The position numbers and the translations under genes were made by a program. 64,000 nucleotides of DNA from an uncultured Hyphomicrobiaceae bacterium (GTDB lineage Bacteria > Pseudomonadota > Alphaproteobacteria > Rhizobiales > Hyphomicrobiaceae), in the NCBI GenBank assembly GCA_964559355.1, contig CAZLHQ010000001.1, positions 52,553 through 116,552 on the forward strand, given 5' to 3'. Of the stretch, positions 1 through 9,450 are shown piece by piece. Every line of letters begins with the position of its first letter. Positions within the stretch are counted from its first letter, which is position 1. Under the pieces are notes generated by a model. That model ran no database searches, was not told the DNA's origin, and was given only the letters and a program-made list of their open reading frames with translations.

Positions 1-1728
1 TACCACATTGTCGCGCGCTATTTGGGGTTTTATGGCGCAATACGACTGGGCGCCTGTGTCGTCGTCGGCACGGCGCTGTGGGCAACGCTGCTGTTGCTGG
101 TTGGCCAGCAAGGCATTCCACGCACTGTTGTGCTGGCCTATGCCGTGGTTGGCACGATGGCGGTCGTCATGGTGCGACTGCTTGCCGCCAACGTGCTGAG
201 CGGCATCGGCATCAACGTGCAACGCAGGTGGCGCGACTCTCAAGCGCAAATCCCTGTTCTCATTTACGGAACCGGCGAGCTTGCGGTACAACTCGGCCAG
301 ACCACCCGCAAAAGCCGAACGCGCAAGTTGATTGGCTACGTCGACAGCAGCAGCGCCATGATTGGCCGCTACATCGGCCGCAACAAGGTCTATCGGCTCA
401 GCAAGATCCAGTCGCTGATACAGGACAATGGCGTTGAGGAAATCTACATCGCCGATCCCCTGCAAACCGCGTCCGAGCGCCGCTCTCTTCTGAAATCTCT
501 CGAGCAGTACAAACTCCGGGTTCGGTTGATCCCGGACTTGGAATCGCTGGCGTCCGGACGGATCAGCCTCAGCCAACTGCGGGGTATCCAAGCCAAGGAT
601 CTGCTCGGACGCGAGGAGGTTCCTCCCAACGAGGAACTGATCGCCGCCAGCATTCGCGGCAAGACCGTGCTGGTTACGGGCGCTGGCGGCTCGATCGGTT
701 CTCAATTGTCGTTGCGGATCGTAGGGCTTGGCGTCAAGCGGCTCATCCTTCTCGACAATTCGGAAATCGCATTGCACCAGATCGAGCAATCGACGCGCGA
801 AGTGATGGCCGAACTGGAAACGCCGCCCGAATGCGTGAGCGTTCTGGGGTCGGTGCAGAATGTCGATGTGATCGAGGAAGTGCTCCGCGAGTACGATGTG
901 GATAGCGTTTTTCACACCGCGGCGTTCAAGCATGTCCCCATCGTTGAAAAGCATCCGCTTGCCGGGATCGCCAACAACGTTCTGGCAACGGAGCTGCTGG
1001 CGCGCGCCTGTGTCGAACACCACGTCGAGCGATTCGTGCTGGTCTCGACCGACAAAGCTGTCAGACCGGCCAGCGTGATGGGGGCGACAAAGCGACTTGC
1101 CGAGCTCATCATCCAAGGGTTTGCGACCACTCAGAAGGAAACCATCTTCACCGCCGTGCGCTTCGGCAATGTTCTCGAAAGCTCAGGCTCGGTCGTTGGC
1201 ATATTTCGCCATCAGATCAACTCCGGCGGTCCTGTGACCGTGACCGACCGCAACGTCGTGCGCTATTTCATGTCGCTCGAGGAGGCGACCAACCTCGTGC
1301 TTCAGGCCGCCGGCATGGCGGTGGGTGGCGAAGTCTTCGTGCTGGACATGGGGTTGCCGGTGAAAATCGACGACTTGGCGCGATCGATGATCCGCCTGAT
1401 GGGGCTTGAGGAGCGCACCCCCAGCAACCCCGAGGGCGACATCGAAATCTCATACATTGGCTTGCGTCGCGGCGAGAAGCTGGTCGAAGAGCTGGTCATC
1501 GCCGAACAAAATGCCTCGGACACTCAGCACCCGCGCATCTGGAAATCGCATGAACCTTCTGTCGATCCCGAGGCGCTCGCCAAGGAGCTTGAATTGCTCA
1601 AATCGGCTGTGAGATTCCGAAGCGTTGCGATGGCGTTGACGTCGCTGTCGCGGATCATCGAAGGATACACTCCGGCAGCAACCAGGCGTGAGGAAGTGCG
1701 CTTGCCGGAAAAGATCGTGCTCCACTGA
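1..1728 (+). CDS. CapD/WbpM/PglF-type membrane-anchored UDP-GlcNAc 4,6-dehydratase, with the 5' end probably outside the window
   Basis: The ORF track gives 22..1728 (TTG start), but the frame is open from nt 1. N-terminal TM helices are followed by the Rossmann motif VLVTGAGGSIGSQL, then STDKAVRPASVMGATKRLAE (the Met-for-Tyr variant typical of WbpM/PglF) and FGNVLESSGS. Confidence 0.85.
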   Translation, partial: YHIVARYLGFYGAIRLGACVVVGTALWATLLLLVGQQGIPRTVVLAYAVVGTMAVVMVRLLAANVLSGIGINVQRRWRDSQAQIPVLIYGTGELAVQLGQTTRKSRTRKLIGYVDSSSAMIGRYIGRNKVYRLSKIQSLIQDNGVEEIYIADPLQTASERRSLLKSLEQYKLRVRLIPDLESLASGRISLSQLRGIQAKDLLGREEVPPNEELIAASIRGKTVLVTGAGGSIGSQLSLRIVGLGVKRLILLDNSEIALHQIEQSTREVMAELETPPECVSVLGSVQNVDVIEEVLREYDVDSVFHTAAFKHVPIVEKHPLAGIANNVLATELLARACVEHHVERFVLVSTDKAVRPASVMGATKRLAELIIQGFATTQKETIFTAVRFGNVLESSGSVVGIFRHQINSGGPVTVTDRNVVRYFMSLEEATNLVLQAAGMAVGGEVFVLDMGLPVKIDDLARSMIRLMGLEERTPSNPEGDIEISYIGLRRGEKLVEELVIAEQNASDTQHPRIWKSHEPSVDPEALAKELELLKSAVRFRSVAMALTSLSRIIEGYTPAATRREEVRLPEKIVLH

Positions 1729-1905
1729 GCTTCAAGTGCTATCGACCTCGAAGGTGTCGCTGTCTCAGGCCATCAAGCCCGTAACCGGCGCCACGCTTCG
1801 AGGATGCAAGGCGCGCTCCCGGCTCTTGTGAGAACGCCAAACGCGCCTTTGGCTTCGCCGATCTCGCTTATGACTTGATCGGCGGATGTGGAAACCACGG
1901 CGGTC

Positions 1906-3084
1906 ATGCGTATCATTTTTCTCGCCAACGTCGATTGGTTCTTCCAATCGCACTTCCTTCATCTGGCGCGCCGCACCAGGGCCGAAGGCTTGCGAGTGGC
2001 GCTCGCCGCGCAATTTGAAAGCGACCGCCGTGGGCTGCTTGGCGAACAGATCGAATTGATCGAGCTTCCCACGCGCCGCGGCCGGCTCGGCTCAACGCAA
2101 ATGATGGGGGCTGCAACGTTGGTCGCGCGCGAGCTGGCGCGACAGCCGCAGACGTTGTTGCATGGCTTCGGCCTGTTCGGCATCACGGTGGGATCCGCCG
2201 CGATGGCGCGCTCGGGCGTGCGAAGGTCCGTTTTCACCATCACCGGCCGTGGCTATGCGGCCGTCGCACCGACACTCAAGGCGCGCGCGGTGCGGATTGG
2301 CGCACGCCATTTGTGTGCGCAGCTAGCCGATGGGCCAAACGTGCGGTGGTTAGCCGAGAACGCATCCGATCTGGAGGCTTGCGGTTTGTCGCGGGCCGTT
2401 CGCCAATCGCGAACCGCTATCGTCGGCGGCGCTGGGATCGATCCCGAACTCTACGCGGCAACGCCGATGCCGCCGCGTTCGCCGCTGAAAGTCGCTCTCG
2501 TCGCCCGCATGATCTGGTCGAAGGGTATCGACACGGCTGTGGAAGCCGTCAGGATCGCGCGCCAGCGCGGCGCAGCGGTCGAATTGACGCTGGCCGGTGG
2601 TGTCGATAGCGATAATCCAAGAGCGTTCGACTTGGCGCAGTTGCGCGATTTTGAAAGCAAAGGCGGTGTCACTTGGCTCGGACGCGTCGAGAATATCGAT
2701 GAGCTATGGTCTCGCCACCATGTCGCGGTATTGCCATCGCGTGGCGGTGAAGGCGTGCCCAAGGCGCTGATTGAAGCTGCGGCATGTGGCCGGCCGATCG
2801 CGACGGCAAGCGTTCCAGGGTGCAGAGAATTTGCCGAGGCAACCGGCGGCTGGCATGTTGCTCCCGATTGTCCGCAAGCGCTTGCCGAACTCCTGATCGA
2901 GCTTGCGCAGCGCGACGATCTCGCGACGATCGGGATGCAGGCGCGCAGCATCGTGCTGCAACGCTATACGCACGAGCACAATTGGAAGGTGACGGCGGCA
3001 TTCTACAATGAGCTGATGCGCGGTGCGGCGGGAGGGGCGAGAGACCAGGCAAGCGGCGCCGGCATGAACGTGGCTCGCCGATGA
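1906..3084 (+). CDS. Glycosyltransferase, GT-B fold (family 4-like)
   Basis: N-terminus MRIIFLANVDWFFQSH. C-terminal motif PSRGGEGVPKALIEAAACGRPIATASVPGCREF. ATG 1906 is preferred over the GTG 1888 of the ORF track. Confidence 0.8.
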   Translation: MRIIFLANVDWFFQSHFLHLARRTRAEGLRVALAAQFESDRRGLLGEQIELIELPTRRGRLGSTQMMGAATLVARELARQPQTLLHGFGLFGITVGSAAMARSGVRRSVFTITGRGYAAVAPTLKARAVRIGARHLCAQLADGPNVRWLAENASDLEACGLSRAVRQSRTAIVGGAGIDPELYAATPMPPRSPLKVALVARMIWSKGIDTAVEAVRIARQRGAAVELTLAGGVDSDNPRAFDLAQLRDFESKGGVTWLGRVENIDELWSRHHVAVLPSRGGEGVPKALIEAAACGRPIATASVPGCREFAEATGGWHVAPDCPQALAELLIELAQRDDLATIGMQARSIVLQRYTHEHNWKVTAAFYNELMRGAAGGARDQASGAGMNVARR

Positions 3085-3129
3085 TTGACTGCCGCACATG
3101 CTTCATAATCACATCAATGCATTTGGGCC

Positions 3130-3687
3130 ATGAATAGAGCATTGGAATTTGTCTGTGCGATAGCGGGGCTGGCGCTGCTGTGGCCGCTGGCAATCGTCAT
3201 CGCGCTGGCGATCAGGCTCGACACGCGCGGGCCGGCGACCATATCGCAAGTGCGCGTCGGTCGCGGTGAGCGGCTGTTTCGCTGCCACAAATTCCGGTCG
3301 ATGCATGTGGGAACGCGCGAGCGGCCGACCCATGAATCGGCGGCTTCCGACGTCACTCGGGTCGGCGGCTTCTTGCGCAAGTCGAAGCTCGACGAATTGC
3401 CCCAACTCGTCAATGTCGTAGCCGGAGAGATGAGCTTTGTGGGGCCGCGGCCGTGCTTGCCGTCACAGATCGCCTTGATCGAGGCACGCCGAGCCCACGG
3501 CGTTTATGACGTGCGTCCCGGCATCACCGGATTGGCACAGGTCAACGGCATCGATATGTCCGATCCACAGCGCCTGGCCAAAGTCGATGCCATCTACGTG
3601 CGCCAGCGCGGCTTGTGGACCGATTTGCAGATCGCGTTGGCGACCATGCCGTTCGGCCGCAGATTTGCGCCATCACCTGGCGCCTGA
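3130..3687 (+). CDS. Small monotopic phosphoglycosyl transferase (bacterial sugar transferase, PglC/WbaP-C family), the initiating enzyme
   Basis: One N-terminal hydrophobic helix, then KFRSM, the KLDELPQL (Asp-Glu dyad) and GEMSFVGPRPCLP motifs. Length 185 aa. Confidence 0.85.
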   Translation: MNRALEFVCAIAGLALLWPLAIVIALAIRLDTRGPATISQVRVGRGERLFRCHKFRSMHVGTRERPTHESAASDVTRVGGFLRKSKLDELPQLVNVVAGEMSFVGPRPCLPSQIALIEARRAHGVYDVRPGITGLAQVNGIDMSDPQRLAKVDAIYVRQRGLWTDLQIALATMPFGRRFAPSPGA

Positions 3688-3740
3688 TCGCCTTCGATGA
3701 AAGCGCAAGCGCTTCCATCTCAGACGATGAGCCTCTAATA

Positions 3741-5036
3741 CTAGGGGCCTTCGATCCGTTCGAATTCGAAGCGGACGAGAAGCAACACGATCCAGCCAAA
3801 ACAGATTGAGGCGACCAGCCAGGGCTGCCACAATCCCCAGCCCGGACCGATGGCGACGAGCGTGATTGCGGAGAGCGCACTGGCATAGGGCTGCATGTCG
3901 CGATGAAATTTCCCGATGCGATCGAGCAGGAAATAGCCGGCGCCGCCGAATAGCAACGCGCCGATCAGCCCCAGCTCAAGCCAGATCTGAAGATAGCCGT
4001 TGTGAGGATGCCAATAGAGACGCCGCGTTTGGCGATCAATCGGCTTTCCTGGCGGCCCGCTACAGTATTTGATCGAGTTGATGCCGATGCCATGTAGCGG
4101 CGTTTGAAGCGCCATATGAGCGAGATCGTTCCAGATCACGACCCGCTCCTGGAAGCTGAATGGAATGAGCTTGCTCTTTTCCCAACCCAACGCCTTGGGC
4201 ACCATCGACAGAGGTATCGCAGCGATCGTGGCGACGATCAGCAGTGCCTGCAGCGTGCGAACTGCGCGCCCGGGCGCCCACACCGCGAGCAAAAACGCAA
4301 GGCCGCCGCAGATCAACATCAGCAGCGCGGTGGAAGAACCCGAGGTGACGCAAATGCCGACGGTGAACAGTATGGCGAGGAGGCCGAGGGCGTACTTCAG
4401 CGACGGCTTGGGCCAAAAGCATAGAGCTGCAGTGAGACCGGTCGTCATCAAGACCATGGCCGCAGCGGTGCGATTGAAATAGATTTCGTTGAGGCCGACG
4501 GCTACTCCGGGCTGTGCGTAGACGATCGCGTTTTCGAAACCGTCGAACATCCACGACATGTGTCTGACGAAGAACAACGTTGGCCCGTTGCCGGTCGCCC
4601 ACTCCAATAGGAAATAGATGCCAACGAAGATCGCGGCCAGCGGCAATGCGCGGGTGTAGCGGGTTTGGCGTATGCGATCCAAGCCGCGCAGATGCTTGTC
4701 GAGTGCGCCCACGGCATACCAGCTGCCAAACACCAGAAGGGCAATTTGAGCAAGGCTGGTCAGCGACGACATCGGTTTCAGCGCCCATGTGCACGACGCC
4801 AGGCCAAAGCCGAACAAGGCCATTGAGAAAACCAATTCCGGACGTGGCGAGAAGCCGCCCCGCGCGGCAACGGGACGCGCGCCCGTGACGAAATCCTGAG
4901 CCACCGTGACGAGAATGATTGCCACCAACAGTGCGGGCACGGCCAGCGGCGCGATCGACGCGGTGAACCCGGTCAAGCCGATCAGGCTGCTTTGCGCCGT
5001 CTCGAGTGGATAGAATTTGGTCCGCGTGGCCAGCAT
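3741..5036 (-). CDS. O-antigen ligase family (Wzy_C domain) polytopic membrane protein, WaaL-like
   Basis: Many TM segments. WHPHNGYLQIWLELGLIG fits the ligase signature H[NSQ]x9Gxx[GTY]. In an ABC-transporter locus a ligase is more plausible than a Wzy polymerase. Confidence 0.7.
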   Translation of the reverse strand: MLATRTKFYPLETAQSSLIGLTGFTASIAPLAVPALLVAIILVTVAQDFVTGARPVAARGGFSPRPELVFSMALFGFGLASCTWALKPMSSLTSLAQIALLVFGSWYAVGALDKHLRGLDRIRQTRYTRALPLAAIFVGIYFLLEWATGNGPTLFFVRHMSWMFDGFENAIVYAQPGVAVGLNEIYFNRTAAAMVLMTTGLTAALCFWPKPSLKYALGLLAILFTVGICVTSGSSTALLMLICGGLAFLLAVWAPGRAVRTLQALLIVATIAAIPLSMVPKALGWEKSKLIPFSFQERVVIWNDLAHMALQTPLHGIGINSIKYCSGPPGKPIDRQTRRLYWHPHNGYLQIWLELGLIGALLFGGAGYFLLDRIGKFHRDMQPYASALSAITLVAIGPGWGLWQPWLVASICFGWIVLLLVRFEFERIEGP

Positions 5037-5659
5037 TGTGATTTGCAGTCTCTTGACGGTCGTGTGTTGTCAGTTGGCAGCGCGGGTCGGATGTCGCCGT
5101 TCGGGCTGTCGGCCGTAAGGCCGCCGTGATTGCTTTTATGTGGTTGTCATGTCCTCAACGCTGACGTGCAGCGAGCGTGATGCGAGCCTTACGCACCGAC
5201 ACACTCAAGCGGATTTTACTGGCGGCGTGAGCCGCCGATCAATCGAAGCAGAGTCGCGGGACGCATTTGCTCTGATAGCACTGGCAGGAGACGTGCTTGC
5301 TCCGCCCACTGGTCTTTATACAACATCAAGTCCTTGCCACAACGAATTCGGCGCGAATTTGCGTGTTCGGGCCAAACTGCCGCGCCGGACGCTGTTGCCT
5401 CAATTCGAGTGGCAGGGGCACAGTAATTTGGCATACGCAGCCTATGCACAGCTATCGGGCACCACAGAGTGAGCTGGATAAGGGAATTGGGGTCGATGTT
5501 GTGATATGGGGTGCGCTCATGCTGTTGCTGGTGGCCGGCCATCATTTGGTGCGGCAGCCAACATGAGTGCAGGCGATTTGCGGCCCTTGTCACCTAGTCA
5601 CCGTTCCATTGGGGTGCTCACAACAACGATGAGCGGCGAAGTCACCACGTCCTGGACCG

Positions 5660-7618
5660 ATGAAGTGGGCAAACGCGATGAATGAAAATGTCGGCACGGG
5701 CGGTTCTGCACACAAGGATGGTTCGCCATTGCGCCCGCGGCAACGGCCACTTCGGCTAGTGATCGTCGGTCAGTCAGGCCATTCGACATCTGACATCGTT
5801 GACGCGCTCACTGCACAGGCCGTTGAGCGCTACGGCCAACAACCGACGTTGTCGAATGAGCGCGCCAACGCGAGTGGCCAGGCGGAGGCGGTGGCGCGCG
5901 CTGTTCATGGCCGCTTTGGACATCTTGCCGCACAATTGCATGACGGTGCGAACCGCCATATGAGCCGCCCTGTCCGCCATCAGCTTGTAACGTCGCTTTA
6001 TGCGATCTCGATCGCGCAGTTCACTGGACCAAGCGGTGACGTGGCAGGTCTTGCCATCGAATCTGCCAATGCAGATGTTGCGATCATGAGCGTCGATGCG
6101 TTGTCGGCGGTCTCGCCCGAGACCATTGCAGACGCATACGTCTGCAGTCTGTTCGGCGTTCGCCACATCATTCTGGCGGTTGCGGTGAGGCGGGAAGAAG
6201 ATTTCAATCAGGAAGCTCTCTATAGCCTCGCCGCCGCATTCATGACTGCTGCCGGCTGGGTCGGACTCGAAAGTGTCAAATCCATTCCAATTGCAGCGCC
6301 CAGGTTCGATCAATCGGTGGGCGATGATCGGTTGCTTGCGTGGTATCGCGGTCCGTCACTGTTGAGTTCATTGGAAACGTTCGCGCAGGCTGCGACTTCG
6401 ACCGTCGGGACCGAGCCCGGTGAATTGCGCCTGCCCGTGCGTGAAGCTGGCCGCCAGAACGGCAAGAGCCGGCTCTCCGGCACGATTGCATCTGGCCACA
6501 TCGAGGTTGGTGATGAGGTCGTGTCGGCGGTGTCGGGCCGGCAATCGCGCGTTGCTGCCATTGCCGTGATTGATGCCGCGTCAGCTAACACGTCCGGTCA
6601 CACGGTCGCCTCAGCGCATGCTGGCGATGGGGTCACGATCCTGCTCGCCGACGCCATCGACATCGCGCGTGGCGATCTCATGACGCGCGTGACGGAACGG
6701 CCCGAGGTGTCGGACCAATTTGCAGCGCATTTGCTGTGGCTCGACGATCACCTTCTGGCGGGACGTTCCTATGTCTTGCGGATCGGGGAACGGCAGGTTC
6801 CAGCGACCATCACATCGATCAAGCATCGCGTCGACTTGGCCAACGGCCAACACCTTGCCGCGCGCCGGCTGGATGCCAACGAGATTGGTCTGTGCAACAT
6901 TTCCACCTCGGCTCCGGTGGCGTTCGATGCCTTCACTCACAATCGAGAAACGGGAAACTTTGTTCTTGTCGATCGCCTGTCAAATCAGACGGTGGCAATT
7001 GGACTCATTCTTTTTGGCTTGCGCCGTGCGACCAATATCCATGTCGAGGAGTTGTTCGTCGATAAGCAGGCGCGGGCGAGCGCCAAACACCAGAGACCTA
7101 CGGTGGTGTGGTTTACTGGGCTGTCCGGTTCCGGCAAGTCGACGCTCGCCAAACGCTTCGAGAAGCGACTGCACGATTTGGGGCAACACACATATGTGCT
7201 CGACGGCGACAATGTGCGCCATGGTCTCAATCGCGATCTGGGTTTTACGGATATCGATCGCGTCGAAAACATCCGGCGTATCGGCGAGGTGGCCAAGCTG
7301 TTTGCCGATGCGGGCCTGATCGTATTGTGCTCGTTTATTTCGCCTTTCACGGCGGAACGTCGCATGGTGCGCGAGCTTTTAACAGACGGTGAGTTCGTCG
7401 AAGTGTTCGTCGATGCCTCGCTCGAGGAATGCGCGCGGCGCGATCCCAAGGGTCTTTACGCAAAGGCCTTTGCCGGCAACATAAAAAACTTTACCGGCAT
7501 CGATAGTCCTTATGAGCAGCCTGAGAAGCCAGACATCCATCTCCGCACGGAGAACGTCGACGCCGAGGCGCTTGTCGATACGATGATGGTGTATCTGCGC
7601 GAGAAGGGCCGCATATGA
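5660..7618 (+). CDS. cysC: APS kinase (CysC) fused to a CysN-like N-terminal module whose GTPase motifs are degenerate
   Basis: The C-terminal part carries [32 protein letters not shown] and RDPKGLYAK. The N-terminal part aligns to CysN domains II/III ([17 protein letters not shown]), but G1 reads GQSGHSTS, G3 reads QFTGP and G4 reads VRRE. The start is uncertain (5660 or 5678). Confidence 0.85.
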   Translation: MKWANAMNENVGTGGSAHKDGSPLRPRQRPLRLVIVGQSGHSTSDIVDALTAQAVERYGQQPTLSNERANASGQAEAVARAVHGRFGHLAAQLHDGANRHMSRPVRHQLVTSLYAISIAQFTGPSGDVAGLAIESANADVAIMSVDALSAVSPETIADAYVCSLFGVRHIILAVAVRREEDFNQEALYSLAAAFMTAAGWVGLESVKSIPIAAPRFDQSVGDDRLLAWYRGPSLLSSLETFAQAATSTVGTEPGELRLPVREAGRQNGKSRLSGTIASGHIEVGDEVVSAVSGRQSRVAAIAVIDAASANTSGHTVASAHAGDGVTILLADAIDIARGDLMTRVTERPEVSDQFAAHLLWLDDHLLAGRSYVLRIGERQVPATITSIKHRVDLANGQHLAARRLDANEIGLCNISTSAPVAFDAFTHNRETGNFVLVDRLSNQTVAIGLILFGLRRATNIHVEELFVDKQARASAKHQRPTVVWFTGLSGSGKSTLAKRFEKRLHDLGQHTYVLDGDNVRHGLNRDLGFTDIDRVENIRRIGEVAKLFADAGLIVLCSFISPFTAERRMVRELLTDGEFVEVFVDASLEECARRDPKGLYAKAFAGNIKNFTGIDSPYEQPEKPDIHLRTENVDAEALVDTMMVYLREKGRI

Positions 7619-8442
7619 AGGAACTCGTTGCCGAGCTCGGAGCCATCGCCTGTGATGCTGGCCGGCTTATTGCCAGGATCCGCGCCGACGGCGTCGAGGT
7701 CATGGCAAAGGGAGATGGCACTCCTGTCACGATCGCCGATGCGCGTGCGGAAGAGCTCATTCTCGAGCGACTTGCCAAATCGTATCCTGAGGTCCAGGTG
7801 GTAGCCGAAGAGCTGTCGAGCACCGGGGGCATACCGGACGGCGTGTCGGGCCGCTTCTTCCTTGTCGATCCGCTCGACGGGACCAAGGAGTTCATCAAGG
7901 GCTCGCCCGACTACACAGTCAATATCGCCTTGATCGAGGCGGGTATCCCGGTCGCTGGCGTCGTCGTGGCGCCGGGCCGCAACGAAATTTACAGCGGATA
8001 CACTGGCACGGCGCGACGCGGCACTGTTGCCGAATGCGGCGCACCCGTGGACGAGCGGGCGATTGCAGTGCGCCCTCTGCCCAAATCATGGAGCGCCGTC
8101 GTCAGCGTCTCGCACATGACCCCGGCGACGGAAGCGTTCTTGAAACCCTTGCCCATCGGCGAGACGGTTTCCATCGGCTCGTCGCTCAAGTTCTGCCTCA
8201 TTGCCGCTGGCGCTGCGGATATCTATCCGCGATTTGGCAGAACCATGCAGTGGGATACCGCGGCGGGCGATGCGGTGCTGCGTGCGGCAGGTGGCTGTAC
8301 GTTGACGATCGATGGCAACGTACTTTCCTATGGGCCACGGCCGGGGGAGCTTCATAATCGCTTCGAGAATCCGTTTTTCGTGGCGTTTTCTGGCGCGCGC
8401 GCGCGCCTGTTCGATGCGATCAGCGGACGCGCGGATGCCTGA
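7615..8442 (+). CDS. cysQ: 3'(2'),5'-bisphosphate nucleotidase CysQ (PAP phosphatase, inositol monophosphatase family)
   Basis: Motifs [12 protein letters not shown] and [19 protein letters not shown] overlap with the upstream APS kinase stop. Confidence 0.85.
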   Translation: MKELVAELGAIACDAGRLIARIRADGVEVMAKGDGTPVTIADARAEELILERLAKSYPEVQVVAEELSSTGGIPDGVSGRFFLVDPLDGTKEFIKGSPDYTVNIALIEAGIPVAGVVVAPGRNEIYSGYTGTARRGTVAECGAPVDERAIAVRPLPKSWSAVVSVSHMTPATEAFLKPLPIGETVSIGSSLKFCLIAAGAADIYPRFGRTMQWDTAAGDAVLRAAGGCTLTIDGNVLSYGPRPGELHNRFENPFFVAFSGARARLFDAISGRADA

Positions 8443-8607
8443 AGGCATGGCTTGCGGTTTTCTGGATGCTACGCACTGGCAATCCTGGGCACGTGTTGCC
8501 GTGTGGCTCCCAGTCGCAAGAATCTGACAAGCAAGCGTTGCATTCTCATTGGACGTGTGCAGATTCTCGTCACTGATTGGAGCTTCAAGCACTCCAATTC
8601 CCACGAC

Positions 8608-9450
8608 ATGCGGAACAAGATCGCAATGAAGACCTCCCAAGAAGCCGGTCCGCTGCGCCAAATGCGGCCGCTTCTGCGTGATCTCGATCTCATCGTCACG
8701 CTGACGCGCCGCGAGATCGTCGGCCGCTACCGCGGCTCGATCCTCGGCGTGCTCTGGTCGCTGCTGACGCCGCTGTTCATGTTGGGTGTCTATACGTTCG
8801 TCTTCAGCACTGTTTTCAAGACGCGCTGGACGTCTGGCGGCGAGAATGCAACGGGCGAGTTCGCGGTCATGCTGTTTGCCGGACTGCTCGTCTACCAGTT
8901 ATTCGCGGAAGTCGTGAACCGTGCACCGTCGCTCATCGTCGCCAACGCAAATTATGTGAAGCGTGTCGTCTTCCCACTGCAGATCCTGCCTGTGGTGGCC
9001 CTAGGTTCAGCGTTGTTTCACATGCTGGTGGGATTAGCGGTACTCGTCGTCTTCATCATTATTGTGCATGGGTCGCCGCCGCCCACCGCAGTGCTTTTGC
9101 CGCTGGTGCTGGCTCCATACTGTCTTGCCATCCTCGGGTTGGCTTGGCTGCTGGCATCACTCGGCGTGTTCATTCGCGATATCAACCAGGTTCTCGCGCC
9201 AATTGTCACTGCGCTCATGTTCCTCTCGCCCATCTTCTTTCCTCTGGATGCCCTTCCGGAGTCGGTGCGCAGGTGGGTGGCGTTCAATCCTCTGGCCTTG
9301 CCCGTCGAACAGACACGCGATGTGTTGATCGCCGGCACGATGCCGAACTTTGTCGCGCTCGGGCTCTACACGCTGGCGGCAATCGCTGTCGCGGTTCTCG
9401 GCTACTTGTGGTTCCAGAGGACGCGCAAAGGTTTTGCCGATGTCCTCTGA
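8608..9450 (+). CDS. wzm: ABC-2 type polysaccharide export permease (Wzm/KpsM/TagG family)
   Basis: RREIVGRYRGSILGVLWSLLTPL followed by six hydrophobic segments. The ORF-track start 8452 gives an implausible N-terminal extension. The likely start is ATG 8608, 8626 or 8662. Confidence 0.8.
   Translation: MRNKIAMKTSQEAGPLRQMRPLLRDLDLIVTLTRREIVGRYRGSILGVLWSLLTPLFMLGVYTFVFSTVFKTRWTSGGENATGEFAVMLFAGLLVYQLFAEVVNRAPSLIVANANYVKRVVFPLQILPVVALGSALFHMLVGLAVLVVFIIIVHGSPPPTAVLLPLVLAPYCLAILGLAWLLASLGVFIRDINQVLAPIVTALMFLSPIFFPLDALPESVRRWVAFNPLALPVEQTRDVLIAGTMPNFVALGLYTLAAIAVAVLGYLWFQRTRKGFADVL

Noticed and set aside
5037-5659. Small ORFs (5140..5472, 5216..5593, 5297..5566) and possible regulatory elements in the divergent region between the ligase-like gene and the APS kinase gene
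   Set aside because: The ORFs overlap one another and have no motifs. I could not identify a convincing promoter, ops/JUMPStart-like element or riboswitch by eye.
8452-8607. N-terminal extensions given by the ORF track for many genes: 8452, 9350, 15884, 16990, 33145, 39805, 40018, 40773, 43953, 48372, 52491, 57397, 58476
   Set aside because: The extensions are Arg/Cys/Ser-rich, overlap the upstream gene or an intergenic repeat, and precede an internal ATG/GTG that matches the family's normal N-terminus. Those internal starts often have a Shine-Dalgarno sequence or an ATGA/GTGA overlap with the upstream stop.
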